A stretch of 56,691 nucleotides of DNA from Methanobacteriaceae archaeon (GTDB lineage: Archaea; Methanobacteriota; Methanobacteria; Methanobacteriales; Methanobacteriaceae), in NCBI GenBank assembly GCA_017883605.1, contig JADGNH010000001.1:1-56691 (forward strand), written 5' to 3'. How positions within the stretch are numbered: position 1 is the first letter of the stretch; every line of letters begins with the position of its first letter. This document shows positions 20,628 to 33,041 of this stretch, piece after piece. A model generated the notes under the pieces. The model did not search any database. It saw nothing but the letters and a program-made list of their open reading frames with translations, and was not told the DNA's origin. The position numbers and the translations under genes were made by a program.

Positions 20628-22931
20628 GTGAATAGAGCCAGAATATTAGTTCAGGGAATAGTACAGGGTGTTGGATTCAGGCCCACAGTTTACAGGATAG
20701 CAAAAGCTATGAGACTTAAGGGTTACGTTAGAAACCTGGGTAACATCGTTGAAATCGTGCTAGAAGGAGATAAAGATGTTATAAAGAGTTTCACAGAAAA
20801 TTTAAAGTTAAAAAAGCCCCCCATATCCAAGATAAGCTCTTTAAAAATAGAGTGGTTAGATTCTAATGTTTCAGGTGATTTTAATGATTTTCAGATACTT
20901 TCAAGCTCAAAAAACTTCTCCGGATCAGCGGTAATACCTCCGGACCTGGCGACCTGTGATAGTTGCCTTAAAGAAGTTTTCAACAGCCGTGACAGAAGGT
21001 ACGGTTACCCCTTCACGGCCTGTACCGATTGCGGTCCCCGTTTCACGGTTATAAGCTCAATTCCTTATGACAGAGAGCGGACGTCAATGGATGAATTTCC
21101 CCTCTGCCCAGAATGCCTTAAAGAGTATCAAAACCCCGAGGACAGACGCTACCATGCAGAGGCTACCTGCTGCCCGGTGTGCGGGCCTTCCGTCTTTTTA
21201 TACCAGAATGATATTTTGGATTCAGAAGATCCCATAAAAGAAGCTGTAGAACTGATAGATGAAGGCAATATACTGGCAGTGAAGGGTATTGGGGGTACTC
21301 ACCTGGTTGCCAAGACAACAGAAGATGACCCCGTGGTTGAGCTCAGAAAGCGGTTGGGAAGATTTAATCAGCCTTTTGCCTGCATGTCTCCCTCAGTTGA
21401 GACCATCAGAAGCTTTGCCGAGGTTTCAGATCCAGAAGAAGAAACTCTAAAGTCAAGAAGCAGACCCATAGTTGTCCTAAACAAAAATGAAAACTATCAT
21501 CTATCCCCCTATGTTTCACCAGAGCTCCATAACCTGGGAGTGATGCTTCCCTACTCTGCATTACATCATATGCTGTTTAAACACTCCCCAGAGCCTGCCT
21601 ACATCATGACCTCTGCCAACCTGCCGGGAGAACCTATGCTCATCGAAAACAGTGAAATTATAGACAAACTGCAGGGAATAGCAGACTATTTCCTCCTGCA
21701 CAATCGAAAAATTATAAACCGCTGCGACGACTCAGTGGTAAGGTTCAGAGGGAACGATTTAGCATTTATACGGCGTTCTAGGGGTTACGTTCCAGAACCT
21801 TATGATTTTTCCCTGTTCCACAGCGATTTGAAGGTGCTGGCATTGGGTCCAGAGATCGATGTGACCTTCTCCCTTTTAAAGGATGGTAAATGCTACGTAT
21901 CTCAACATATTGGAGATACAACCAAGTATGAGACTTTTAAATATCTCCAAAAGTCTATAAAATATCTTATGGAAATAACCAAGACCGATTCTGTGGATGT
22001 GGTTGCCTGTGATCTTCATCCCATGTTTTTTACCTCAAAACTGGCCCATGAGTTAAGCGGAAGATTTGAGTGCGATGTTTTTAAGGTCCAGCACCACCAC
22101 GCCCATGCAGCTGCTCTGGCTGTGGATAATGGAGTCCCGGAGATGATATGTATAGCTGCAGATGGGGTGGGCTATGGTGATGACGGAACTGCCTGGGGCG
22201 GTGAAATACTACATTATCAGGGAGCGGAATATGAGAGGACCGGCAGCATGATGCCGCAAAAAATGGTTGGAGGAGATTTAACCACCAAATATCCAGTTAG
22301 AATGTTAATGACCATGTTATACGATTACTACAGTGAAGATGAGCTCAAAAACCTCATGAGAACAGAATTCATAGAATATTTCAAGCACGGTACCAGGGAA
22401 GTTGATCTGATAGCTCAACAGCTTAAAAAAGGTTTTAATATCATCCAGACCACCAGTACCGGGCGAGTGTTGGATGCTATCTCAGCAGCTCTCCATATAT
22501 GTGGTAAAAGGACATATGAGGGTGAATGTGCAATGAAACTGGAATCAGTGGCCTATAAAGGGAAAGAAGCCTTTGAAATTCCTCCAAAAATCGAAAAGCA
22601 GGGAAAGATGAATGTGCTGGATACTTCAAAGATATTGCTTTCTGTTTTAGAGAAAAAATTTGCAGGTGAAAATGTAAATAATATTGCCCTGGCTGCTCAG
22701 AAGGCTGTTTCAGTTGGTCTGGCAGAACTGGCCATAAAAACTGCGGATAAGACCGGAGTGAATATTATAGGAGGTTCCGGTGGGGTTTTTTACAACGAAG
22801 CCATAAGCATGGCCATTAAAAAAACATTGGAATCTGCAGGCTATGAATTCATTCAGCACAGAAACAGTTGCGCAGGCGATGGTTCTGTTTCCATGGGGCA
22901 GGCTGCGGTGGCTGCAATGCATTTCCAGTAG
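20628..22931 (+). CDS. hypF: hydrogenase maturation carbamoyltransferase HypF
   Basis: VQGVGFRP acylphosphatase, zinc fingers, QHHHAH, WGGE. Confidence 0.97.
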   Translation: MNRARILVQGIVQGVGFRPTVYRIAKAMRLKGYVRNLGNIVEIVLEGDKDVIKSFTENLKLKKPPISKISSLKIEWLDSNVSGDFNDFQILSSSKNFSGSAVIPPDLATCDSCLKEVFNSRDRRYGYPFTACTDCGPRFTVISSIPYDRERTSMDEFPLCPECLKEYQNPEDRRYHAEATCCPVCGPSVFLYQNDILDSEDPIKEAVELIDEGNILAVKGIGGTHLVAKTTEDDPVVELRKRLGRFNQPFACMSPSVETIRSFAEVSDPEEETLKSRSRPIVVLNKNENYHLSPYVSPELHNLGVMLPYSALHHMLFKHSPEPAYIMTSANLPGEPMLIENSEIIDKLQGIADYFLLHNRKIINRCDDSVVRFRGNDLAFIRRSRGYVPEPYDFSLFHSDLKVLALGPEIDVTFSLLKDGKCYVSQHIGDTTKYETFKYLQKSIKYLMEITKTDSVDVVACDLHPMFFTSKLAHELSGRFECDVFKVQHHHAHAAALAVDNGVPEMICIAADGVGYGDDGTAWGGEILHYQGAEYERTGSMMPQKMVGGDLTTKYPVRMLMTMLYDYYSEDELKNLMRTEFIEYFKHGTREVDLIAQQLKKGFNIIQTTSTGRVLDAISAALHICGKRTYEGECAMKLESVAYKGKEAFEIPPKIEKQGKMNVLDTSKILLSVLEKKFAGENVNNIALAAQKAVSVGLAELAIKTADKTGVNIIGGSGGVFYNEAISMAIKKTLESAGYEFIQHRNSCAGDGSVSMGQAAVAAMHFQ

Positions 22932-23098
22932 AAGTAAGTATGATATGCAATTCCAGGATACCGATTTTGATAGTATTCCCGGATATAGTTATGATGCGAT
23001 TCTACATGTGATTCATGCTTAAAATAGTAGTTTAATATCTTCAATGAGTGACCAATAGTATTAGGTTAGTTATCAACAGCTCTAATCCTTCAATAGGC

Positions 23099-23578
23099 CT
23101 AATCCTCTGCTATTACGGGTAGATTCAGTGAACGTTTCTTTAAAGCTCGTTTTCTTTCATCTAATTGTTTCAAAAGGTTTTTCGCATGCTTTATGGCATC
23201 ATCATAATTTTCTATGAGACTTTCCAGTTCATCTGAAACCTCTTCTCCCATTCGAGATCTTTCTTCCAATCTCTGAAGTTCCTGAAATTCATGGCCAGGT
23301 AATTTCACCCGGATGTTGCCCTGGCTGATGAATATCTGAAATTCGATATTCTGGGAGATATCATAGTACTTCCTGGGTCTTCCCCTTTCGATTTTCTGGA
23401 ATGAAGAGCTTAGTAAACCCGTCTCCTCCATGGCCCGCAGGTGTTCGATGATGGCCTTTTGGCCCACTTCTAACTCCTGAGATATCTGGCTTACGAAGCG
23501 AGGCTCATCTCTCAGAAAATTTAGTATATCTCTACGGGTTTTACATCCCATTACGTCCAGTATTTCTTCTAGATTCAT
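23099..23578 (-). CDS. ArsR-fold heat-shock regulator (Phr/HSR1-like)
   Basis: [29 protein letters not shown]; divergent from grpE. Confidence 0.8.
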   Translation of the reverse strand: MNLEEILDVMGCKTRRDILNFLRDEPRFVSQISQELEVGQKAIIEHLRAMEETGLLSSSFQKIERGRPRKYYDISQNIEFQIFISQGNIRVKLPGHEFQELQRLEERSRMGEEVSDELESLIENYDDAIKHAKNLLKQLDERKRALKKRSLNLPVIAED

Positions 23579-23797
23579 TTATTATCACTTTTTGTCTATC
23601 AAATTGCTGGTCTTATCTAAATTTAGTTATGTTATTTAAATTTTAATCATTTTTAAGTTTTAATTTACCTTTTTTAAACTTTTCTAATCTATTATAATTT
23701 TTTTAATCTAATTTATCCATTTAAATCTACTTTTAATCTTAAATCTACTTTTAATTTATTAATAATCTAATTTTTTTAACCCACTTATTCTGCGAAA

Positions 23798-23912
23798 AGT
23801 TTATATAACCTTTAGTTACTATAATAGTTAAAGGTTTATATAACTTTTGGTAACTATAATCCAAAGATTTATATAACCTATGGTAACTATAATAACCTAT
23901 GGTAACTATAAT
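23798..23912. promoter_or_regulatory. four TAAC-N5-GT(T/A)A boxes, three fused to TTTATATA
   Basis: Boxes at 23806, 23841, 23874 and 23893 in the regulator/grpE divergent region. Confidence 0.75.
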
Positions 23913-23955
23913 AGTTGAAGGTTACTTTATTCTTATCCCTTAAAAAGGTGTATAA

Positions 23956-24513
23956 ATGACTGATAAAAAAGAACTAGAGAAGTTAAAAAAAGATCTGGGT
24001 GATCTGAAATCTGAGTTAGATAAAAAAAATGCGGAAATTCAAAAGAAAGATGCAGAGATTCAGGAAAAAGATCAAGAAATTCAAGATAAAGATGGAAAGA
24101 TAGATGACCACTATCATCAGCTGCAGCGGATGCAGGCTGACTTTGAAAACTACAAAAAAAGATCAGAGAGAGATATTAAAGAATACATAAAATATGCCAA
24201 CGAAAATTTAATTGTCAAAATAATAGAAGTCTACGAGGACCTGGAAAGGGCTCTTAAGGCTGAGAAATCCCACGACCTCAAAGAGGGTGTGAAAATGATC
24301 TACAAAAAACTAGATGACATCCTGAAAGTAGAAGGCCTTAATGAAATATGTGCCGAGGGTGAAAAATTTGACCCCTTCAAACACGAAGCCCTCCTGGTTG
24401 AAAATCATGAAGACTACGACAACGGAATTGTTATAGAAGAGCTTGGAAAGGGATATACCCTGGATTCAAAGGTAATTAAATATTCAAAGGTAAAGGTTTG
24501 TAAAAAAAGGTGA
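23956..24513 (+). CDS. grpE: nucleotide exchange factor GrpE
   Basis: [22 protein letters not shown]. Confidence 0.96.
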   Translation: MTDKKELEKLKKDLGDLKSELDKKNAEIQKKDAEIQEKDQEIQDKDGKIDDHYHQLQRMQADFENYKKRSERDIKEYIKYANENLIVKIIEVYEDLERALKAEKSHDLKEGVKMIYKKLDDILKVEGLNEICAEGEKFDPFKHEALLVENHEDYDNGIVIEELGKGYTLDSKVIKYSKVKVCKKR

Positions 24514-24519
24514 TATAAT

Positions 24520-26391
24520 ATGGTAAAAAAAGAGAAGATAATAGGTATAGATTTAGGAACCAGTAACTCTGCCGCAGCAGCGTTCATCGGTGGTAAACCC
24601 ACCATAATACCCAGTGCAGAAGGTGCAACCCAATATGGTAAATCATTCCCCAGCTACGTGGCATTTACCAGCGAAGGACAGAAATTGGTTGGAGAACCGG
24701 CCAGAAGACAGGCCGTTACCAACCCGGAACACACCATAACCGCCATTAAAAGACAGATGGGTACCAACTACAAAGTAGATATAGCAGGTAAGCAGTACAC
24801 CCCCCAGGAGATCTCAGCATTAATCCTGCAGAAGATCAAAAAGGACTCAGAAGCCTTCCTTGGCGAAGAGGTTAAAAAAGCAGTAATAACTGTTCCGGCT
24901 TACTTCGACGACAATCAGAGGACAGCCACCAAAGATGCCGGTACCATAGCCGGTTTAGAAGTGGTAAGACTGGTCAACGAACCCACAGCAGCCAGCCTGG
25001 CCTACGGTATCGATAAGGAATCAGAAGAAGAACTTGAAATACTGGTATTCGACTTTGGAGGCGGAACCCTGGATGTAACCGTTATGGAATTCGGTGGAGG
25101 TGTATTTGAGGTTAGATCCACCAGTGGAGACACCAAACTAGGTGGAACCGACATGGACGTTGTGGTTATGGACTACCTCGCCTCTGAATTTAAAAAAGAA
25201 ACCGGCGTAGACATCATGAACGACGACCAGGCCGTGCAGAGACTTAGAGAAGCCTCAGAAAAGGCTAAAATAGAGCTTTCCACCACTCTAACCACAGACA
25301 TAAACCTGCCATTTATAACTGCAACCCATGAAGGCCCCAAACACCTTACTCATACCCTCAGCAGATCCAAGTTAGAGGAACTGGTGGATCCTATCATTAA
25401 AAAATGTGCAGCACCTATGGAACAGGCCATAAAAGATGCTAAAATGACCAAAACCGACGTGGACAAGATCATAATGGTGGGAGGACCAACCAGAATGCCC
25501 TCCGTTCAGAAATTCGTGGAAGATTTCATAGGAAAATCTGTTGAAACAGGAATAGACCCCATGGAGTGTGTGGCCGTAGGGGCAGCTATACAAGGTGGTG
25601 TACTTGCCGGAGAAATTAAAGATCTAGTTTTACTAGATGTCACACCACTATCACTGGGTATAGAAACCCTGGGAGGCGTTTTCACTAAATTGATTGAAAA
25701 TAACACCACCATACCCACCAAAAAGAGCCAGATATTTACCACAGCCGCAGATAACCAGACTTCAGTGGATATTCATGTCCTGCAGGGTGAAAGATCCATG
25801 GCAGGCGGCAACACCACCCTGGGAAGGTTCCAGCTAATAGGTATACCACCAGCACCAAGGGGAATACCCCAGATCGAGGTTACCTTCGACATCGACGCCA
25901 ACGGTATCATGAACGTATCAGCCAAGGACACCGGGACCGGGAAAGAGCAAAGAGTAACTATAACCGCTCCTAACAAGCTATCAAAAGAGGAAATAGACCA
26001 GAAAGTCAAGGAAGCTGAGATGCATGCTGAAGAAGACAAAAAGAAACAGGAAGAAATCGAAATAAGGAACAACGCAGACTCCATGATCTACACCTCAGAA
26101 AAAACCCTGGAGGAACTGGGGGACAAAGTAGATTCTAATCAGAAATCTAAGGTAGAAGGATTGGTTAAAGAACTGAGAGAGCTTATAGGTGGTGATGACC
26201 TGGCAACGATTAAGACCAAAACCGACGAACTCAGTAAAGCCGTGCAAGAAGTTGGCGCCGCCATTTACCAGCAGGCACAACAGGAACAACAGGCACAAGC
26301 ACAACAGGAAGCTCAGGGTCAGCAAGATGCTGGAAAGGATCCTAAAGATGGTGATGACACTGTAGATGCTGATTACGAGGTCAAAAAATAA
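24520..26391 (+). CDS. dnaK: chaperone DnaK
   Basis: [31 protein letters not shown]. Confidence 0.98.
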   Translation: MVKKEKIIGIDLGTSNSAAAAFIGGKPTIIPSAEGATQYGKSFPSYVAFTSEGQKLVGEPARRQAVTNPEHTITAIKRQMGTNYKVDIAGKQYTPQEISALILQKIKKDSEAFLGEEVKKAVITVPAYFDDNQRTATKDAGTIAGLEVVRLVNEPTAASLAYGIDKESEEELEILVFDFGGGTLDVTVMEFGGGVFEVRSTSGDTKLGGTDMDVVVMDYLASEFKKETGVDIMNDDQAVQRLREASEKAKIELSTTLTTDINLPFITATHEGPKHLTHTLSRSKLEELVDPIIKKCAAPMEQAIKDAKMTKTDVDKIIMVGGPTRMPSVQKFVEDFIGKSVETGIDPMECVAVGAAIQGGVLAGEIKDLVLLDVTPLSLGIETLGGVFTKLIENNTTIPTKKSQIFTTAADNQTSVDIHVLQGERSMAGGNTTLGRFQLIGIPPAPRGIPQIEVTFDIDANGIMNVSAKDTGTGKEQRVTITAPNKLSKEEIDQKVKEAEMHAEEDKKKQEEIEIRNNADSMIYTSEKTLEELGDKVDSNQKSKVEGLVKELRELIGGDDLATIKTKTDELSKAVQEVGAAIYQQAQQEQQAQAQQEAQGQQDAGKDPKDGDDTVDADYEVKK

Positions 26392-26405
26392 AGAACAGTT
26401 AAGCA

Positions 26406-26436
26406 AAAGTGGGGAAATACTTTTTTCCCTACTTTA
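26406..26436 (+). terminator. stem-loop with T tracts after dnaK
   Basis: AAAGTGGGGAAA...TTTCCCTACTTT. Confidence 0.5.
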
Positions 26437-26440
26437 TAAT

Positions 26441-26504
26441 TTTATTTAGGATTATTAAGATTAAATTCAGGATTTATTTAGGATTATTAAGATTAAATTC
26501 AGGA
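26441..26504. repeat. 32-bp tandem duplication
   Basis: TTTATTTAGGATTATTAAGATTAAATTCAGGA twice. Confidence 0.9.
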
Positions 26505-26694
26505 TTTTATTGGAATTAGTATAAGATATTTACGATTATATTTGAAGTATTGAATTTAAAATTTATTGAAAAATTTAGTATTTATTAAAGTGTTAACAAT
26601 TAAATAATTGAAAAGATTAGTTTTAAAGAATAAATAAAATTAAGTTCAATTTTCAAATTCCAGAAATAATTTAAAACTTGAAGGTAAGGATTAT

Positions 26695-27858
26695 ATGGCT
26701 GAAAAGCGTGACTATTATGAAGTCCTTGGAGTGGACAAGACTGCTGATAAAAAGGATATTAAAAAGGCCTATCGTAAGTTGGCTATGAAGTACCATCCTG
26801 ATGTGAGCGAAGACCCGGAAAGTGCAGATAAGTTCAAGGAAATCAGCGAAGCTTATGCTGTGCTCTCCGACCAGGAGAAAAAAAATACCTACGACCAGTA
26901 CGGACACGCCGGAATGGGTGGATTTTCACAGGAAGACATATTCCGGGACATTAACTTCGATGACGTATTCAGGGGCTTCGGATTTGGAGGAGGTGGCTCT
27001 GGAGGAGGTTCCGGATTTGAAACCATATTCGACCTCTTTGGATTTGGCGGAGGTAGAAGAAACGGACCTCAACAGGGAGATGACGTAATCTACGATATGA
27101 AAATCACGCTGGAGGAAGCAGCCCACGGTGTAGAGCAGGACATAGAAGTCCCCCATAAAAAGACCTGCCCACACTGTAACGGTTCAAAGGCAGAACCTGG
27201 AACAGAAATAAAAACCTGCCCACATTGCGGTGGAAGCGGACAGGTACGCCATGTCAGCAACACCCCGCTGGGCCAGTTTGCTAGTATAAGACCCTGCAGT
27301 ACTTGTCGGGGTGAAGGAAAGATAATGGAAAGTCCATGTAAAGAATGTCGTGGAAAAGGTATTATAAAGAAAAAAAGCACTATTCACATTAAAATACCTC
27401 CTGGTGTGGAGGACGAAAGCCGCCTGAGGGTTCCTGGAGAAGGAGATGTTGGCAAACGAGGAGGACCGCCAGGGGATCTCTACGTCATGATTCAAGTCAA
27501 AGAACACCGGTTATTTAAGAGAGACGGTGCAAATCTAATCTATGATATGCCTATAAGTTTCGTTCAGGCCTCGCTGGGTGATACCGTTGAAGCACCAACA
27601 CTTGAAAGTGCCGTAGACCTCAAAATACCACCAGGAACACAAACTGGCACATCTTTCAGGATTAAAGGTCAGGGTATGCCCCATATGCGCTGGAGCGGTA
27701 AAGGAAATCTTTACGTTAAAGTTAAAGTTGTGACCCCCAAGAAACTGAGCCCTAAACAGAAGGAAATCCTGCGAGAGTTCGCGGATGTAAGTGGTAAGGA
27801 AATTTACACCGAGGATAAGGGATTTTTTGACAAAGTGAAGGATGTCATAGGTCACTAG
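26695..27858 (+). CDS. dnaJ: chaperone DnaJ
   Basis: HPD J-domain, G/F region, four CxxCxGxG-type motifs. Confidence 0.98.
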   Translation: MAEKRDYYEVLGVDKTADKKDIKKAYRKLAMKYHPDVSEDPESADKFKEISEAYAVLSDQEKKNTYDQYGHAGMGGFSQEDIFRDINFDDVFRGFGFGGGGSGGGSGFETIFDLFGFGGGRRNGPQQGDDVIYDMKITLEEAAHGVEQDIEVPHKKTCPHCNGSKAEPGTEIKTCPHCGGSGQVRHVSNTPLGQFASIRPCSTCRGEGKIMESPCKECRGKGIIKKKSTIHIKIPPGVEDESRLRVPGEGDVGKRGGPPGDLYVMIQVKEHRLFKRDGANLIYDMPISFVQASLGDTVEAPTLESAVDLKIPPGTQTGTSFRIKGQGMPHMRWSGKGNLYVKVKVVTPKKLSPKQKEILREFADVSGKEIYTEDKGFFDKVKDVIGH

Positions 27859-28090
27859 AACCCAATGTCCTTAACTTTTTTATCCGTTGCCTCCTTTCTT
27901 ATCACAATTATTTATCCAATATTCTTTTCATTTAAATTCAATTTTTATCATCATCATTTCTTCTATTTAATTCACAATACCATCCAGTAAACATTAGGAA
28001 TAGATAAGAACTGTTCATTTTACTGAAGTTTATTATAATTTAAATTAAGAAGAAACATTAAATCCCAAAAAGAGATGGATGAGTGCATAT

Positions 28091-28470
28091 ATGTCTGTCA
28101 AGAAAGAAAATGAAAAGATAAATGTCATGGAAATACAGGAAAAGATAGAGAAATATTTTGGCTTTGTCCCCAAGATTTTCCAGGTGCTATCTGAAAACCC
28201 ACCCGTACTAAGGCCTATTTTGAAAAGCTAGAAGTTATGATGCGGGATGAATCGTTAACACCCATCACCAAAGAATTTATTTCTATAGGTGCTGCCGCAG
28301 CCCTGGGAGCCGAACACTGTCTGGCCACCCACCTTGAGGTGGCAAGAGCTTTTGGAGCCACCAATGACCAGTTAATGTTAGCCATCCTCATGGGTTCTTT
28401 GATAGCGGAGACAGATGCTTTAGCTACATCTTTAAGGGTTTATGAAGACTTTAAAAATAATTCTCCCTAA
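28091..28470 (+). pseudogene. CMD/AhpD family protein, frameshifted near 28210 (or sequencing error)
   Basis: MSVKKENEK...YFGFVPKIFQVLSENPPVL joins AYFEKLEVMMRD...KEFISIGAA...CLATH if one base is added at CTAAGGCC. Confidence 0.75.
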
Positions 28471-28565
28471 ACAATTATTTAAATCCAAGAAATCTGAGTT
28501 AATCAGTTATAGTATGAACTAGCTTTTATCTACTTAAATAATGGTTTAACCTTAAAATAAAGAGT

Positions 28566-28880
28566 TAATGGCATGCCGAGAGTAACCCACCTTCTGTTCT
28601 AGGCAGCATTCATCTATGCGGACTACCTCTGCTTCATACAGGATTCATAAGCAGTATTTGTCCTTGCACCCCGTGGAATGGCCGTTTCACCATTTCTTCT
28701 GGCGTCTTCAGCTTACGCATCATTTTCATCCAACCAGAAGATGTTTCGTTTCTGCTCCAGTGTCATGCCTCTCAGCATGTGCCTTCTGACACCACGGTTC
28801 TGTATGATGGATGGAGTTTCCTCAGTTTAAATTACAGAATGTTCTGTAAAAACCGTTGGCTGCCCTTCGGCTTGCCATTA
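28566..28880 (-). ncRNA. rnpB: RNase P RNA (archaeal)
   Basis: Minus strand has GAGGAAACTCC (CR-I) and ACAGAA..GGGTTA (CR-V); terminal P1 helix TAATGGCA/TGCCATTA. Confidence 0.95.
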
Positions 28881-28895
28881 TACTTCTAAAAAAAT

Positions 28896-28974
<79 letters not shown>

Positions 28975-28997
28975 TAGTGATTCTTTACTTTTAAGGG

Positions 28998-29005
28998 TAT
29001 ATAAA
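28998..29005 (-). promoter_or_regulatory. TATA box for tRNA-iMet/rnpB
   Basis: TTTATATA on the minus strand about 25 nt upstream of the tRNA. Confidence 0.65.
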
Positions 29006-29255
29006 GATTTGCATTGTATTTTATTATCTTTCTCTTAATTTCAACAGCCAAATGTCAATTTAAAACCTAAATTAAAGTTATTCTATCCAAACAAAACTAT
29101 TATTAGTTTATATTATATGAATAAAATAAAATTTACGAATCAAAAAAAAAAGGAATATCTAAATTTTTAAAAATATTATTAGTAAATTCTTTAAAGACAT
29201 CATCTAGAGAATCTACTTTATATCCATCTAATTTTAGTCCATCTAATTTTAGATG

Positions 29256-29828
29256 TTATTTTTTAGTTTTTTCCTCAGGATTCTCGAGTTTGGAGAGTCT
29301 GCCCTCGATACCGCTGATTTTTTTATTGGTATATCCCCGGTACTCGTTGAAACGTCTTTCAAGCTCACCTACGTCACGAGAGACCTTGTTGTATCTTTTT
29401 TCAAGTTGTGATACATCGGATTTGGTTGCGAGTTCCCAGTCCTTTATGAGCTGGTCGCTTTTATCATCTAAAAAAAGATCTATTTTATTTGATAGGCTAT
29501 CTGTGCTTATTGGGACGTCTTTAACTTTTCCCTTTATTTTCGCACCCATTCCGGCCATCTTTTCACCCATTCCCGAAATGGTTCCACCTTCACCGCTTTT
29601 ATCTGTTTTTCCAGTAACAGTTTCAGTAACCTTTGCACTGGCACCTTTCAGTTTATCACCCACCCCAGACACAGTTTCACTAATTCCAGACTTTTTATCA
29701 CCAGTTCCGGACACGTTAGTGGACAATTGTGTAACAGAAGTTCTTCTAGACTCCTGCAGGTAATAGTAGAGCAGCACAATTATGGCACCAGCCAGTACCA
29801 GAATTGCAAATAATTCCAGGGCGGTCAT
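29256..29828 (-). CDS. N-terminally anchored membrane protein with C-terminal coiled coil
   Basis: One N-terminal TM helix, G/T/K-rich amphipathic middle, heptad C-terminus; GGAGG RBS. Confidence 0.85.
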   Translation of the reverse strand: MTALELFAILVLAGAIIVLLYYYLQESRRTSVTQLSTNVSGTGDKKSGISETVSGVGDKLKGASAKVTETVTGKTDKSGEGGTISGMGEKMAGMGAKIKGKVKDVPISTDSLSNKIDLFLDDKSDQLIKDWELATKSDVSQLEKRYNKVSRDVGELERRFNEYRGYTNKKISGIEGRLSKLENPEEKTKK

Positions 29829-29831
29829 ATA

Positions 29832-30293
29832 TTATTTGCCTCCTTTAATCCCTTTAACAGCCTGTACCTGTTTGCTATCCTTAGAATTTTTGGTCTTTTT
29901 ATCCAGCTCTTTTTCTTTCTTATCTATTTCTTCCAGCAATTGCTGTAGTTTAATATATTCTGTTCTGGCTTCCAGTCGGGTTACTCTTTCGTTTACCTCT
30001 CCGTGAAGATATCCAGTTTTGTGCATTATTTCAGACGTTGTTTTCCTGATTTCAGATAACCTTTCCTGCTGGTCCTTAGGCAGCGGAAACACGTTTTCCA
30101 TCATACGTTTTGATTCCAGATCTCTTTCCACTAACTCTATCTTTTTGAGTTCAGCCTGTTTTTCAATAAACTGAACGTTACTTTGAGACTCTCTAACCCT
30201 TCTCCACTGCATAAGTGCAACTATAAGACCTACAACTGCAATCACTGCTATTATTATATAGAAAACATTTTGTGGAATTGTAATATCAGCCAT
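29832..30293 (-). CDS. N-terminally anchored coiled-coil membrane protein
   Basis: TM helix followed by WRRVR, then E/K/Q heptads; GGGGGT RBS. Confidence 0.85.
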   Translation of the reverse strand: MADITIPQNVFYIIIAVIAVVGLIVALMQWRRVRESQSNVQFIEKQAELKKIELVERDLESKRMMENVFPLPKDQQERLSEIRKTTSEIMHKTGYLHGEVNERVTRLEARTEYIKLQQLLEEIDKKEKELDKKTKNSKDSKQVQAVKGIKGGK

Positions 30294-30734
30294 AATTAAC
30301 CCCCTATTTCATAAAGCCCTGCCATAAAAATTTACAAATCAAATTTTTTATTTAATAGAATTTATTCTACACAATTAATATTTGCATTTCTAATACATAA
30401 ATATTACTAAAATATTCTCTGTTTTTCCGTGTCCAAATAATCTTTCCAGCTTCCTGTGATTCTTTACCTTTATCCTGCTTTAAACTCTAGATAAAATAGA
30501 TATGGTCCATTAACTATGCTAATTTTATTTATTTTAAAAATTTTATTGAAAATCCATTAAAAAAAATTTATTAAAGTTTTAAACTAGAAAAGTAGAAAAA
30601 TAAAGAAATTAAATAAATTAAAAAGAAATTAAAATAAAAACTAAAGAAATTAATAAAAATCCGATTTCTATTTAAAAAATTTAACCATCGGCAAAAAGTT
30701 AAATAACAATAAACTGAATTTTATAAGTGATTGT

Positions 30735-31661
30735 ATGATTGAAATGTATGAAAAATCAGGTGAAATAGTTTCAAAGGTCAGGCAACTGGCCGTTAACTAT
30801 GTTAAAGAGGACTTGAAAGTTCTGGAACTGGTTGAATTTGTGGAAGGAGAAATAAAGAGCAGGGGCGGTCTTCCTGCTTTTCCTTGTAACGTCTCCATAA
30901 ATGAGGTTACCGCCCACTATACCTCTCCCCCTAACGATGAAACACTGCTAAAAAGTGGTGATCTGGTTAAAATTGATCTGGGAGCCCATGTAGATGGCTA
31001 CATTGCTGATTCAGCCGTGACGGTTCTGGTGGGAGAACCGGAGTCATTGGAAGATGACTCCCTATCAGAAGAAAAATTTGAACTGGGACTAAAGATGATT
31101 GAAACTGCCCAGGAGGCTCTTGAAAATGCCATAAGCACCATAAAGGACGGAACTGAGGTGGGAAGGATTGGTGAAGTGGTTGAAAATACTGTAAATGCTA
31201 AAAACCTGAATCCGGTTTCAAATCTCACCGGTCACAGTATGGATAGGTGGATACTACATTCCGGACTTTCCATCCCTAACATAAAAGAAGATAATAAACA
31301 TAAATTAGAAGAAGGAGACGTGCTGGCCATAGAGCCCTTCGTAACCAATGGTGTGGGCATAGTGACGGATATGAAAGATGCTTACATCTTCCGTTTCCTG
31401 AGGGAGCGTCCTTTACGGGTGGCACATGCCAGGAAATTACTGGAAAACATAGAAAAAGACTATCGAAATCTTCCATTTGCCCAGAGATGGCTTTTAGAAA
31501 GTTTTGATGAGCGTAAGCTTAAATTAGCCATGAGACAGCTTATATCCTCCCGAGCCATCTACCCCTACCACGTGCTTAAGGAAAAGAGCAATGCCAGAGT
31601 GGCACAGGCAGAACACACCGTTATTGTTGAGCCTGACGGTTGTCAGATTATAACAGAATAA
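30735..31661 (+). CDS. map: methionine aminopeptidase type II
   Basis: [30 protein letters not shown]. Confidence 0.96.
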   Translation: MIEMYEKSGEIVSKVRQLAVNYVKEDLKVLELVEFVEGEIKSRGGLPAFPCNVSINEVTAHYTSPPNDETLLKSGDLVKIDLGAHVDGYIADSAVTVLVGEPESLEDDSLSEEKFELGLKMIETAQEALENAISTIKDGTEVGRIGEVVENTVNAKNLNPVSNLTGHSMDRWILHSGLSIPNIKEDNKHKLEEGDVLAIEPFVTNGVGIVTDMKDAYIFRFLRERPLRVAHARKLLENIEKDYRNLPFAQRWLLESFDERKLKLAMRQLISSRAIYPYHVLKEKSNARVAQAEHTVIVEPDGCQIITE

Positions 31662-31684
31662 ATTTATAAGAGAATAAATTTTTT

Positions 31685-31905
31685 TTAACTCCCACCATTG
31701 CCTCCACCATCACCACCAAAATCAAAGCCACCACCATCACCACCTCCCAAATCAAGCCCAGCATCAAAATCATCGAAAAAATCGTCCAGATCGAAATTAC
31801 CCCAGTCCCAGATCCAGATCGAAATCTAGGTCAAAATTGTCCAAATTGCATCTATTCCTAAAAAATCAACAGGTAGGCTGTAAAGGAAATAATTGTAGTA
31901 ACGGC
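31685..31905 (-). pseudogene. relic of a gene ending in an acidic Asp/Phe/Gly-rich tail
   Basis: Frameshifted pieces RYYNYFLYSLPVDFLGIDA / LDNFDLDFDLDLGL / GNFDLDDFFDDFDAGLDLGGGDGGGFDFGGDGGGNGGS*. Confidence 0.5.
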
Positions 31906-32111
31906 TTTTTTTAGTTATAGATTTTTTTAGATTTACTCTTAAAAATTAGATTCTTAACATTATATAGAAAATAAAGAATTCTTAGTTATATAAAATAAAA
32001 TTTTTTTTTAAAATTTAAATCATGTTTTATAAATCCTTGAAAAATGGATAGAATCAGGTTCCTGAACAATAAAAATCAGGTTCTTAAAAATAAAAACAAA
32101 AAAATAGAATA

Positions 32112-32133
32112 TAAAGGGATATTAATCCCTTTA
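32112..32133 (-). terminator. hairpin plus T tracts after frhB
   Basis: TAAAGGGAT-ATTA-ATCCCTTTA. Confidence 0.55.
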
Positions 32134-32144
32134 GACATTTACTT

Positions 32145-33029
32145 TTACACGTTGGCTAGTGGGTCTTCTTTTTCGCTGCTTGCTTTGTATGGAACTGGTA
32201 GTCCCATGGCTTTTCGCTCGTCGATGACTTTCATTGCTTTCTCTTTTTTGGATGTCGCTAGTTTGGTGAGCATTTCAAGGCCGAATTTACCTTCATCTAT
32301 TGTTTTAGTTTCAATGACACCAGCATCCACTGCTTGTTTGAATGCAGTATCACCAGATTCTGTTCTAACCATAACTGCTGACCAATCGTCAGGAGCACCT
32401 ATTGAACCTGTTGATACATCAGACATCTCTGAAACAAGGTCAAGGCAAACTTTACATCCATTTTGCTCGTATCCATGTGTTTCTTTGATGGGGAAGCTTA
32501 TTAAATCATCCTGAGTGTGCACCCAGAATTTTCCTTTCCCGATATCCATTTTCTCTACTAAGTCGAAGTCAACACCAGCTTTAGCTGAAATAAATGTTCT
32601 CAGTGATTCGAAGGGGAAGTTCTCAGTACAGAATATTCCGATATCCAGTGCGATCTTATCGGCCATGAATCTTACACCAAATGGGTAAGACTGCATTTTC
32701 CTTAATCCCATAGTCTGACAGGGTATGGTAACTATACCCACTTTTTCCAGTCCGTATTGTCTCACTGCTTGTTTAAGCATCCACATGTTGGGAGACAATG
32801 TGTATTTGGTACCTGCCGCAGCTAAGATTTCATCAGATGTCAGTGCTACAGTAGGCATTGGTTTCCACATTTCATCGGAAGGTCCAGCTACAACTGCACC
32901 GTCTATGATTTTCTCATCAAGAGCAAAAGATAGAAGACCAGTTGCTATTCCACCATCCTGTGAAATCTTTTGGATCTGTTTGTCGGTTGATCTTGCAAGA
33001 GTAATTTGTTTGTATGTTCCTAATACCAT
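32145..33029 (-). CDS. frhB: F420-reducing hydrogenase beta subunit
   Basis: [29 protein letters not shown]. Confidence 0.97.
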   Translation of the reverse strand: MVLGTYKQITLARSTDKQIQKISQDGGIATGLLSFALDEKIIDGAVVAGPSDEMWKPMPTVALTSDEILAAAGTKYTLSPNMWMLKQAVRQYGLEKVGIVTIPCQTMGLRKMQSYPFGVRFMADKIALDIGIFCTENFPFESLRTFISAKAGVDFDLVEKMDIGKGKFWVHTQDDLISFPIKETHGYEQNGCKVCLDLVSEMSDVSTGSIGAPDDWSAVMVRTESGDTAFKQAVDAGVIETKTIDEGKFGLEMLTKLATSKKEKAMKVIDERKAMGLPVPYKASSEKEDPLANV

Positions 33030-33041
33030 CTTTACAACCTC

